Below, piece by piece: positions 56,586 through 64,000 of a stretch of 64,000 nucleotides of DNA. How positions within the stretch are numbered: position 1 is the stretch's first letter; the number at the start of each line of letters is the position of its first letter. The notes below the pieces were generated by a model, which saw nothing but the letters and a program-made list of their open reading frames with translations, searched no databases and was not told where the DNA came from. The translations under genes were made by a program, and so were the position numbers. The stretch is from Euryarchaeota archaeon RBG_19FT_COMBO_56_21 (GTDB taxonomy: Archaea > Thermoplasmatota > Thermoplasmata > UBA10834), in the NCBI GenBank assembly GCA_001800815.1, contig MGWC01000001.1:54431-118430 (forward strand), written 5' to 3'.

Positions 56586-57323
56586 TCAGTAGACTGACTC
56601 ACCGCTAACGAACGCTGCTGTACGCGCATCTTCGGGGTTCTCGAAGAACTTCTTCCTATCTGCAATCTCAACGATCTCTCCGTCCCAAATCAATGCGATT
56701 CTCGTACACATCCGCTTGGCCTGGAACATGTTGTGCGTGACAATAACCACTGTGCGGTTCCCATCTTCCCGCATGTACTCCTGCACCTGGTTCTCCAGGA
56801 GCGATACATTGGCTGGATCCAGATTCGCTGCGAACTCGTCTAGCAGAAGCATGCTAGGGGCATGGACGGTGGCGCGAGCGAAGCACAGACGCTGCATTTC
56901 TCCTCCTGAAAGGTTCCTTGCGTTGGTTCTGCGACGTCCGTGAAGTCCCAACCGTTTGAGCTCTGCGTCCACAACCTCGGCAATCCGATGTTCGTCCCAT
57001 CCCCTGATCATGAGAGAATATCCGAGATTGTTCGCAACGCTCCTGTTCAAGACCACTGGCTTCTGCAGCACCATCCCTATGTTCCGCCTCACCGTCTCAG
57101 CGCGCGCGTCGGTCTGAGCCACGTACTGTCCGTCGATTAGGAGCCTGCCTTTGGTCGGAGCTTCCAGGAGATCCATGATTCGCAGTATGGTGCTCTTGCC
57201 CGCACCGCTCGGACCGACTATCCCGAATACTTCTCCCTTGGAGACAGCAAACGAGGCACCTTTGAGAGCGACGACTCCGTTGTATTTCTTCGACACGTCC
57301 TCCAGGGCGATTGCCGTCTTCAT
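56586..57323 (-). CDS. tupC: ABC ATPase, tungstate uptake (TupC-like)
   Basis: GPSGAGKST, LSGGEMQR, LLLDE..ANLDP and VTHN..QA.R motifs; ATG at 57323 overlaps the permease stop. Confidence 0.8.
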   Translation of the reverse strand: MKTAIALEDVSKKYNGVVALKGASFAVSKGEVFGIVGPSGAGKSTILRIMDLLEAPTKGRLLIDGQYVAQTDARAETVRRNIGMVLQKPVVLNRSVANNLGYSLMIRGWDEHRIAEVVDAELKRLGLHGRRRTNARNLSGGEMQRLCFARATVHAPSMLLLDEFAANLDPANVSLLENQVQEYMREDGNRTVVIVTHNMFQAKRMCTRIALIWDGEIVEIADRKKFFENPEDARTAAFVSGESVY

Positions 57324-57973
57324 AGCATCTCCCTCTCCTGGAGGAGCCTCAGGAACAGGAACACCATCAGAGCGACTGACAGCAACACTATGCCAAGAGA
57401 CATCGCCCATTCGAAATGCCCCATCCGAGTCTCGAGCATGATCGCAGTCGTAAGAACTCGTGTCTCCCCATCGATGTTCCCTCCGACGAGGTATGCTGCG
57501 CCCACCTCCGCGATAACCCTGCCAAATCCAATCATACACGCCATAACAAGGCCCACCCAAGCTTCCCGCATGACAGTGATTATGGACTGACTCGGCGACG
57601 CTCCGAGCGCTTTCACCGTATCCTTAATCGACCTATCGACTTCGACTACTGAGGTAATAGTGATGCCTGTCACTAATGGAATCACAAGGAACGTCTCGGC
57701 GATGATCATCGCCGTCGGTGTGAACAATATTCCGAGATCTCCGAGCGGACCAGCGCGAGAGAACATGTAGTAGACGACCAAGCCAGACAACACTGGCGGG
57801 AAGCCGTACAGGGTGTATGTCAGTGTCTTGACCGCTCCCTTTCCACCGAACTCCTTGAGGCCGATGAGCGCGCCCAGCGGTATGCCTATGGCTGACCCTA
57901 GTATCGTCGCCATCCCGGAAACATACAGAGACAGCAGCGTTACGTCAAGAAGCTCGTTGCCTGTTGAGACCAT
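57320..57973 (-). CDS. tupB: ABC permease, tungstate uptake (TupB-like)
   Basis: PPV..GL.VY...SR.GPLG, LFTP.AMI, FGR.IAEVGA...VGGNI and TR.LTTAI motifs. Confidence 0.88.
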   Translation of the reverse strand: MVSTGNELLDVTLLSLYVSGMATILGSAIGIPLGALIGLKEFGGKGAVKTLTYTLYGFPPVLSGLVVYYMFSRAGPLGDLGILFTPTAMIIAETFLVIPLVTGITITSVVEVDRSIKDTVKALGASPSQSIITVMREAWVGLVMACMIGFGRVIAEVGAAYLVGGNIDGETRVLTTAIMLETRMGHFEWAMSLGIVLLSVALMVFLFLRLLQEREML

Positions 57974-58981
57974 CTATCGCACCGGATGAAACGGAAGTAC
58001 ATCCATCCACGGGAAGATTGCCCGCGGGCTCGATACGCGTGTCACACTTCGATCCACTTCCATCATTTCGCTCGTCACTGATGATGCAACACTGACTGTC
58101 TGTGGAGTCGCGTTCGGGAAGAAGAGCTGATGCCCGTACTTCTCGTAGCTCGCAATCAGGTCCTGTCCAGCCTCCGATACGAGCCATTCCTTGAATGCGA
58201 GCGCGAGTGTATGGTTCACGTGCTTGTGCATCGTAGAGTTCACCGGGATGACACTGTATTGGTTGAACAGCGCGCTGTCGCCAGAGTATGTCATGTTGAG
58301 ATGCGGGATGATGTTCTCGTCCATCCTTTGGTAGTAAGTAGCATCGTCTGAGAGTGTGTACGCGTCAAGCTCTTCGCACATGTCAAGGACCGCTCCCATT
58401 CCCTGTCCGGACTGGATGTACCATGACGAAGAGAAGGCCGCGACTTGTGTTTTGCTGTATCCCAGGGTGCTCCAGATCGTCAGCTCCTTCGAATGCGTCC
58501 CGGAGTTGTCCGCCCTCGAGACGAACTTGGCCATTCCAACAGTGCCATTGTCATAGATCCTCTGGAAGGCGTCGCTAGCGTTCTTGGCGTTCTCAGTAAC
58601 TAGGGGATCTTCGCTCGGACCGACAATGACGAAGTTGTTGTACATGACTAGAGTTCTGCTCTCGCCATATCCAGTTGCTACGAAATCCTTCTCAGCAGCA
58701 GGCGAGTGAACAAGCAGAACATCAACATCACCGTTCTTACCGAGCTCGATTGCCTGCCCAGAGCCAACCGCAATGACATCAACATCGCAGTTGTGTTCGT
58801 CCTCGAATACGGGTAGAATGTAGTCGAGCAAACCCGAATCATAGGTGCTCGTCGTTGTCGCGAGCCTAATAGACTTCACCTCCTCATCCCTGGTCATCAA
58901 GGCATAACTGACAGTCCCACCAACCACGATTCCAGCTGCGATGACGGTTGCGAAGGCTATCCAGATTCCTTTCATGCTCAC
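57974..58981 (-). CDS. tupA: Tungstate-binding protein with N-terminal membrane anchor
   Basis: LATTTS.YDSGLL, G.G.A..G..GD.DVLLVH, MYN.F.IVGP and SR.D.SGTH.KE motifs. Confidence 0.88.
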   Translation of the reverse strand: MSMKGIWIAFATVIAAGIVVGGTVSYALMTRDEEVKSIRLATTTSTYDSGLLDYILPVFEDEHNCDVDVIAVGSGQAIELGKNGDVDVLLVHSPAAEKDFVATGYGESRTLVMYNNFVIVGPSEDPLVTENAKNASDAFQRIYDNGTVGMAKFVSRADNSGTHSKELTIWSTLGYSKTQVAAFSSSWYIQSGQGMGAVLDMCEELDAYTLSDDATYYQRMDENIIPHLNMTYSGDSALFNQYSVIPVNSTMHKHVNHTLALAFKEWLVSEAGQDLIASYEKYGHQLFFPNATPQTVSVASSVTSEMMEVDRSVTRVSSPRAIFPWMDVLPFHPVR

Positions 58982-59204
58982 ACCGATATGCTTTTTCGAG
59001 CATAATGAGGACTCCAGTATATAACAATTGGCGGGTGGGCCCAGATTATATTCGATTTTCTAGATTAAGAACTTCTCACTATAACGACACACCCCCATTT
59101 CAAATGGAACTTCCAGTGGAAAGACAGGATAAATGATGAAAAGCAGGCAAAGGCATTTATCTGATACTGACTTCTTGATGACAGCTAGCCGGGAGGGGAG
59201 AGCA

Positions 59205-60014
59205 ATCAGCCCAAAGAAGAAGTTAGCAATAGTGGCCGCCACGGCAGTCGTGTCACTGATAGTGGTGGTAGTGGGTCTGGCGTCCTTGGCCCCGAAGTCG
59301 AAACCGCAGTCCGTGAACGAACTGCCGGTGGCGAACTTCTCCTTCGACGCCAACAATCTTACGGTTGAGTTCAACGCTTCGGCGTCGAACGATCCCGACG
59401 GCTCAATCGCGAACTACTCCTGGAGTTTCGGCGACGAGTCCCTCGGTTATGGAGCCGTGATCGTCCACGATTTCGCGGACAATGGCACATACTCAACGGA
59501 ACTTACTGTGACGGATGACAAGGGAGGAAAGAACTCATCGAAGAAGAGCGTGAGCGTCTCGATTACGGTCGAGCCGGCCGCGAGCGGCCCCGAGGCCAAG
59601 ATCGAGATCGTGTCGAAGGACAACTGGACTGTCGTCCTCAGCGGCGCAAAATCGAAAGTGCGCGAGCAAGGACAGATAGTCTCTTACGCTTGGAGCTTCG
59701 GGGATGGCTCTACCGGTACGGGTGTTGTGGTGACACACACCTTCGCCGCGAACGGGACATACACTGTGGTCTTGACGGTGACGGATGACAAGGGTGCCAC
59801 GAACAACACCTCGGTCAGCATCACCGTGAAAAAGCCCTGGGTCCCACCAGAGGAACCACCAGAGCCACCCACGAACAAAACTGGTCCTCCTGGTCTGTTG
59901 CACGCGATCGAAATCCACAAGGAGAAGGCGGACAGGAACGGCGGGCTTCAGAACTCTCTGGACCACCTAGTCGGGAATCTCGAGAAGTGGCTGGACAAGC
60001 ACGCTGCTCCGTGA
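59205..60014 (+). CDS. Membrane-anchored protein with two PKD domains
   Basis: KKK followed by a TM helix, two Y.WSFGD..H.F...GTY.V.LTVTDDKG repeats and a Pro-rich linker. Start is either ATC 59205 (after SD GGAGGGG) or ATG 59178. Confidence 0.85.
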   Translation: MSPKKKLAIVAATAVVSLIVVVVGLASLAPKSKPQSVNELPVANFSFDANNLTVEFNASASNDPDGSIANYSWSFGDESLGYGAVIVHDFADNGTYSTELTVTDDKGGKNSSKKSVSVSITVEPAASGPEAKIEIVSKDNWTVVLSGAKSKVREQGQIVSYAWSFGDGSTGTGVVVTHTFAANGTYTVVLTVTDDKGATNNTSVSITVKKPWVPPEEPPEPPTNKTGPPGLLHAIEIHKEKADRNGGLQNSLDHLVGNLEKWLDKHAAP

Positions 60015-60036
60015 CGAAGCCGTTTCAAACTCTAAC

Positions 60037-60072
60037 CGAAGAAGCCTCCGGGCTTCTTCGAAATTCATTTTT
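60037..60072 (+). terminator. Hairpin plus T-rich terminator candidate
   Basis: Perfect 10-bp stem CGAAGAAGCC-TCCG-GGCTTCTTCG followed by AAATTCATTTTT, just after the PKD gene stop. Confidence 0.6.
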
Positions 60073-60200
60073 CTCACACTGTCGACAGAAGACTGGGTCG
60101 TTTGATCCTGACAACGGAGCAATTAGCATCCGCTACAGTTGAGTGGATGCAGCAGAGAATTCCAGTCCTCAATCGGGGGCGGATCCCCGACGCCAAATCA

Positions 60201-60347
60201 CTATCTTCGAACCAGGTGAGTGTAGTGGCACTCCGGGCATTCAACCGTCTTGCCATCAGACTCGACCATCTTCACATGCTTCTGTGCCTTCTCGCACTCA
60301 GGGCACATGATGTCCTTCCTTCTCTTGAACAACTCTAGGAATGCCAT
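60201..60347 (-). CDS. 48-aa CPxC..CPxC Zn-finger microprotein (absent from the ORF track)
   Basis: Translates to MAFLELFKRRKDIMCPECEKAQKHVKMVESDGKTVECPECHYTHLVRR*; SD GAGGAG; TATA-like TTTTATAA near 60387-60380. Confidence 0.8.
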   Translation of the reverse strand: MAFLELFKRRKDIMCPECEKAQKHVKMVESDGKTVECPECHYTHLVRR

Positions 60348-60379
60348 GTATTCTCCTCGGCCTGTGATTCCTAATCGGA

Positions 60380-61153
60380 TTATAAAACCTTTGGACGTTG
60401 CCGGGCGGCTTCTACCTGCGCCCCGTGCACAGCCCTGACCACTCGCCTGAGCTGAGATTCGAATTCGCCATTCTCCACAAGAGTCCCCGTCACAACGATA
60501 TCCGCTCCTGATGCGGCGATCTCAGCAGCCTGCTTCTCGGTCACAATCCCCCCGCCCACAACGATCGGGACGTCGACAGATTCGCGAACAGCTTCGATCA
60601 TCGCGGAGGGTACAGGTTCTGGCGCGCCCGAACCAGCTTCCAGATACAGCAAATCCATCCCGAAGAACTCCGTCGTCAACGCGTATCCAATCACCGTCTG
60701 CAGGTCGTCTCTCTTCACCAGCTCTGCTTCTCCCACCTCTCCGACCTTCATGCCCGGCTCGACGATGACATAACCCATGGAGATAGGTTCGATGCCGAGC
60801 TTCTTGATGACGGGTGCTCCCTTGGCGTGCTCTCCAGTTATGTTCCTCACATTTCGCGAGTTGAGCATGCTCATGAAGTAGATTGCATCGGATTTGCGCG
60901 CGATCGCGTTTGCGCCCGAGGGGAAGTAGATCACAGGCAACTTGGTTTTCTTCTTGATCTCCTCCACGGTCTTGTCGAGGTTCTCCTGCGTGATCCCCGT
61001 TGATCCGCCGACCATTATCGCATCTGTTCCCGCCTTCGCTGCCTTCAGGGCGATCTCGCCTGATTCCTTGGGATTCTGCTTTGCAGGATCGATGAGGGTC
61101 ATGTGCATCTTTCGTTTCTTCAATGTCTCAGCGATGTATTCGCGGACCTTCAA
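60380..61153 (-). CDS. Geranylgeranylglyceryl phosphate synthase
   Basis: TLIDP.K, D.IMVGGS.G, FMS.LNS, YLEAGSGA and VGGGI..GAD.VVTGT motifs; TTG start overlapping the upstream TGA. Confidence 0.93.
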   Translation of the reverse strand: MKVREYIAETLKKRKMHMTLIDPAKQNPKESGEIALKAAKAGTDAIMVGGSTGITQENLDKTVEEIKKKTKLPVIYFPSGANAIARKSDAIYFMSMLNSRNVRNITGEHAKGAPVIKKLGIEPISMGYVIVEPGMKVGEVGEAELVKRDDLQTVIGYALTTEFFGMDLLYLEAGSGAPEPVPSAMIEAVRESVDVPIVVGGGIVTEKQAAEIAASGADIVVTGTLVENGEFESQLRRVVRAVHGAQVEAARQRPKVL

Positions 61154-61998
61154 AAGACCCCTCCAACGAGGAACGCTATGAGGGCGATGAGCATTGCCAT
61201 TTTTGCAGTTTTCTGCCCTTTCTCTGGGCTTCTGAAGTGAGTCCAAGCACAATATATAAAGACTCCATCGGCAACAGCCACCACGGGTACATACCAGACT
61301 GAGAGGAGTTCAAGCAAGTACGGGACCGGGCTGACCGCCACGGCCGCGAGGAACGCGCCAGAGCCCAATGCACCGGCCTTCCTAGCACCGATGCGCATCG
61401 GGAGGGTCTTTCTCACACCCTTGTCACCCTCTAGGTCCTGGATGTCCTTTACGACCTCGCGTCCGAGCGTTGCGAGGAAGGCAAGCAATGCAAGTATCCA
61501 TGCTAGCTCGATCTCCTCGACAGCCGCACCTCCGAACAGGAAGAGCCCTCCGGTAAGCCAACTGATGGCAAGATTGCCGGCAAACCCCTCAGCCTTCAGC
61601 ATGAGCTCGTATCCGAGCATGACGCCGATCGAAATGAGTACGATGATCAAAGACCATGGATTCACAAACACACTGAGCGCGAAGGCTACTCCGAAGAAAG
61701 CTATCGAGAGCATGAACGCATCATTTGGCCTCACAATTCCCGCAGGGATCGGCCGCTTCGGGTGAGCTATCTTGTCTATCTCCCTGTCAAAGTAGTCGTT
61801 GAGCGAGTTGCCTGCACCCGTGAAGAATACCACTATTGCCATCGACAGAGACACCTGTAGGGCGAAGTCCTGTACGCCCTCGATGCCTCCACAGACGACG
61901 GCTGCGAGCAGTGCCCCGAAGGCCCCCATGACGCAGTTTCCGAGCCTCAGCAGACCGAGGATGCCTGCCGGCGTCGTCCTCGTTTTCACGGACTCCAT
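61150..61998 (-). CDS. Digeranylgeranylglyceryl phosphate synthase (UbiA family)
   Basis: LR..NC, NDYFDREID...HP.RPIP.G and REVVKDIQD.EGD motifs; multiple TM helices; coupled to the GGGP synthase gene. Confidence 0.92.
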   Translation of the reverse strand: MESVKTRTTPAGILGLLRLGNCVMGAFGALLAAVVCGGIEGVQDFALQVSLSMAIVVFFTGAGNSLNDYFDREIDKIAHPKRPIPAGIVRPNDAFMLSIAFFGVAFALSVFVNPWSLIIVLISIGVMLGYELMLKAEGFAGNLAISWLTGGLFLFGGAAVEEIELAWILALLAFLATLGREVVKDIQDLEGDKGVRKTLPMRIGARKAGALGSGAFLAAVAVSPVPYLLELLSVWYVPVVAVADGVFIYCAWTHFRSPEKGQKTAKMAMLIALIAFLVGGVF

Positions 61999-62095
61999 TG
62001 ACGGTTGTCAGATAGTGCGCGAATATAAGCGTTTTTGCGACACATGGGCACCCTCCCAAAGGGTTATGTAGCTGCGCTTGATTGGTCGAGCTGAC

Positions 62096-63907
62096 ATGAC
62101 TCCTCCGATTCCGCCAGAGGCATCAAAGGAGATCGAATTCGTAAAGGGTCTAGTCGCGAGGCACTTCCCTGTATACGATGTCCGTGTCACATACGATGTA
62201 GTCGAGTTCTTCTGCAGGGTGGAAAGCACTACTCTCGAAGACGAATTCGAGAGGATGAGGCAGGAGATGGGTGAGAACGGCTACATCCCGATGATAATCT
62301 ATGACAAAGGGGAGCATATAGTCACTGTTGCGAAGAAGCCGGTGACCAAGTATCGCAGCATCTACGTCAATGTGGCGTTGCTGATAGTGACCTTCTTCAC
62401 AGTCTTGCTCTCCGGAGCGATTTCTTGGGTCGGCTACAACGGAGACTCGTCAAGTGAGCTGTTCACCTCAGATGTGTTGCTGATGGGACTTCTGACCTTC
62501 ACCCTGCCGCTCATGGGCATATTGGGCGTTCACGAGCTCGCGCACTTCGTAGCTGCGAGGCGGAGGAAAGTGGCTGCTTCCTTGCCTTTCTTCATCTTCG
62601 GCCCGCCTCCACTGGGAACCTTCGGGGCGTTCATCTCGCTTAGGGACCCAATTCCGAACAAGAAGGCGCTCCTGGAGATTGGCATCGCAGGACCGATCGC
62701 TGGATTGCTCATGGCACTTCCACTCGGTTTCCTTGGCCTCATGCTGACAAACAGCGAGGCGAAACCGGTTCCGCTCAACGTGGGATCCGAGGGCGTCATA
62801 GGTGTCAATTTTCCGCTTCTCTACTCATGGATGTCGGAGCTGGTCCCTCTTCAGGGAGACTACCTCCTTCACCCGCTAGCTTTCGCTGCATGGGTCGGCT
62901 TCCTCGTGACCGCCCTCAACCTGCTGCCTTTTGGTCAGTTGGACGGGGGCCACGTTGCGCGCGCACTGTTGGGTGCGCGCTCGAAGTACCTCGGCTACGC
63001 GACAATCGCCATTCTCGTAGGTCTCGGGATGTACTATTTCGGATGGCTGTTATTCGCCCTCTTCGTCTTCATACTCGGCGCACGGCACCCTCCACCTTTG
63101 AACGACATCTCCCCCTTAGGGAAGAAGCGCATGATCACCGGCGCGCTGACTTTCGTCCTGCTTATTGTAGCGTTCGTTCCGATTCCGATGGAACCCATCG
63201 AGGCGGATTACTCCTTCGAACTCGAGCCGATTGGGGACGTCAACATGACAATCCCTCTGGGAGGCTCGCTTGCCGTGTCCTTCGTTGTGAATAACGTGGG
63301 AAACGCTTGGAACGAGATCGAACTGACGAAAAGTGCTTTGCCTTTGGCTGATTGGAACGCCAGCTTCAAACGTCACGACCAACTAGTGTATGAGGAGTCG
63401 CTCACCGTGGGGCTCAACGCAGGCGAGACCTCGATGGTCGACCTGCAGATCATAACCGGATCCTCGATGCAAGTTGGTCAGTACTACTCTCTTGCCGTGA
63501 GTGGCGTTGCGTTGAACTCGTCCAAGGTCGTGCGCGAGTTGGCCTACAACATCTCAGTGGCCAGTCCGACATTCACATACTTCGTCCAACCTCCTAGCGC
63601 ACCAGTGACGCCAGGCAACTCGACTTATGCGAACATCCTTTTCAACAATACTGGAACGACCGATCTCGAACTCACGGTCGAACCATCAGCAGGGCTGCCC
63701 CCATTTGTCGACGTGCTCCTTTACTCGGGAGGCTTGAATAACACCAACCCGGTCAACATAACGATTGCTTCGCAGAACTCGTGGCCGATCGGCGTCTGGA
63801 TTATCGTGTCCGAGTTCTGTCTGCCCGGAGAGAAAGTAGTCGGCGTGGAGGTATCAAAAGAGGGCACTCTCCTCGCCACCATACCGATCACGGTAGTTGT
63901 GGTCTAG
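62096..63907 (+). CDS. Site-2 protease (M50) with C-terminal extracellular Ig-like extension
   Basis: HELAH, GTFGAFI, AGPIAG and NLLPFGQLDGGH motifs; ~240-aa beta-rich, sequon-rich tail. Confidence 0.9.
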   Translation: MTPPIPPEASKEIEFVKGLVARHFPVYDVRVTYDVVEFFCRVESTTLEDEFERMRQEMGENGYIPMIIYDKGEHIVTVAKKPVTKYRSIYVNVALLIVTFFTVLLSGAISWVGYNGDSSSELFTSDVLLMGLLTFTLPLMGILGVHELAHFVAARRRKVAASLPFFIFGPPPLGTFGAFISLRDPIPNKKALLEIGIAGPIAGLLMALPLGFLGLMLTNSEAKPVPLNVGSEGVIGVNFPLLYSWMSELVPLQGDYLLHPLAFAAWVGFLVTALNLLPFGQLDGGHVARALLGARSKYLGYATIAILVGLGMYYFGWLLFALFVFILGARHPPPLNDISPLGKKRMITGALTFVLLIVAFVPIPMEPIEADYSFELEPIGDVNMTIPLGGSLAVSFVVNNVGNAWNEIELTKSALPLADWNASFKRHDQLVYEESLTVGLNAGETSMVDLQIITGSSMQVGQYYSLAVSGVALNSSKVVRELAYNISVASPTFTYFVQPPSAPVTPGNSTYANILFNNTGTTDLELTVEPSAGLPPFVDVLLYSGGLNNTNPVNITIASQNSWPIGVWIIVSEFCLPGEKVVGVEVSKEGTLLATIPITVVVV

Positions 63908-64000
63908 GTCCTCGCGAGCACGCAGAAATGTCTTGTGAGCGACCGGTGCACCCAAAGTTCATGGCTCTCGACCAGCTCGAAGCCGTTCGCCTTTTCCAGC
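63904..64000 (-). CDS. C-terminus of a Trm11/TrmG10-like tRNA methyltransferase (partial)
   Basis: Minus frame reads LEKANGFELVESHELWVHRSLTRHFCVLART*; VHxSLTR is the typical Trm11 C-terminal motif. Confidence 0.65.
   Translation of the reverse strand, partial: LEKANGFELVESHELWVHRSLTRHFCVLART

Noticed and set aside
59133-59185. C/D box sRNA (ATGATGA..CTGA..TGATGA)
   Set aside because: There is no terminal D box after the C'-like motif, and the segment overlaps the likely TATA box of the PKD gene.
59178-59290. Class III (pilin-like) signal peptide RA/ISP
   Set aside because: KKK follows ISP and interrupts the required hydrophobic stretch; a plain signal-anchor fits better.
1-64000. CRISPR arrays, IS elements, prophage genes, rRNA
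   Set aside because: No regularly spaced repeats, transposases, terminal repeats or viral hallmark genes were recognised by eye.

Overview
This is an archaeal window: it encodes GGGP and DGGGP synthases, a Trm11 tail and GvpD/RAD55-like ATPases, and uses TATA/BRE promoters. Gene content suggests a Thermoplasmata lineage (inference). A ~36-kb central block (8.7-44.3 kb) encodes an essentially complete bacterial-type, tetrahydrofolate Wood-Ljungdahl pathway. It includes a 1379-aa single-chain CODH-ACS fusion, AcsC/D/E/V, two CooC, CooT, Fhs, FolD, MetVF and PurH. The block also carries two paralogous split-HdrA + MvhD modules with no adjacent HdrB/C, one next to formate dehydrogenase and one next to MetVF. 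An AMP-forming acetyl-CoA synthetase / carbonic anhydrase / OFA-transporter operon sits inside it. Several of these operons have long, nested-hairpin 5' leaders. The flanks hold an AbiE-like HTH + nucleotidyltransferase pair, housekeeping genes, a wHTH-GvpD-inactive RAD55 triad, tRNA-Leu(TAA), two PKD surface proteins, moa/moe genes and a TupABC-like transporter. I also read probable CTG/ATC start codons and a 48-aa Zn-finger microprotein missing from the ORF track. No CRISPR array, transposase or integrase was seen. All family calls are by-eye motif recognition, not database searches.
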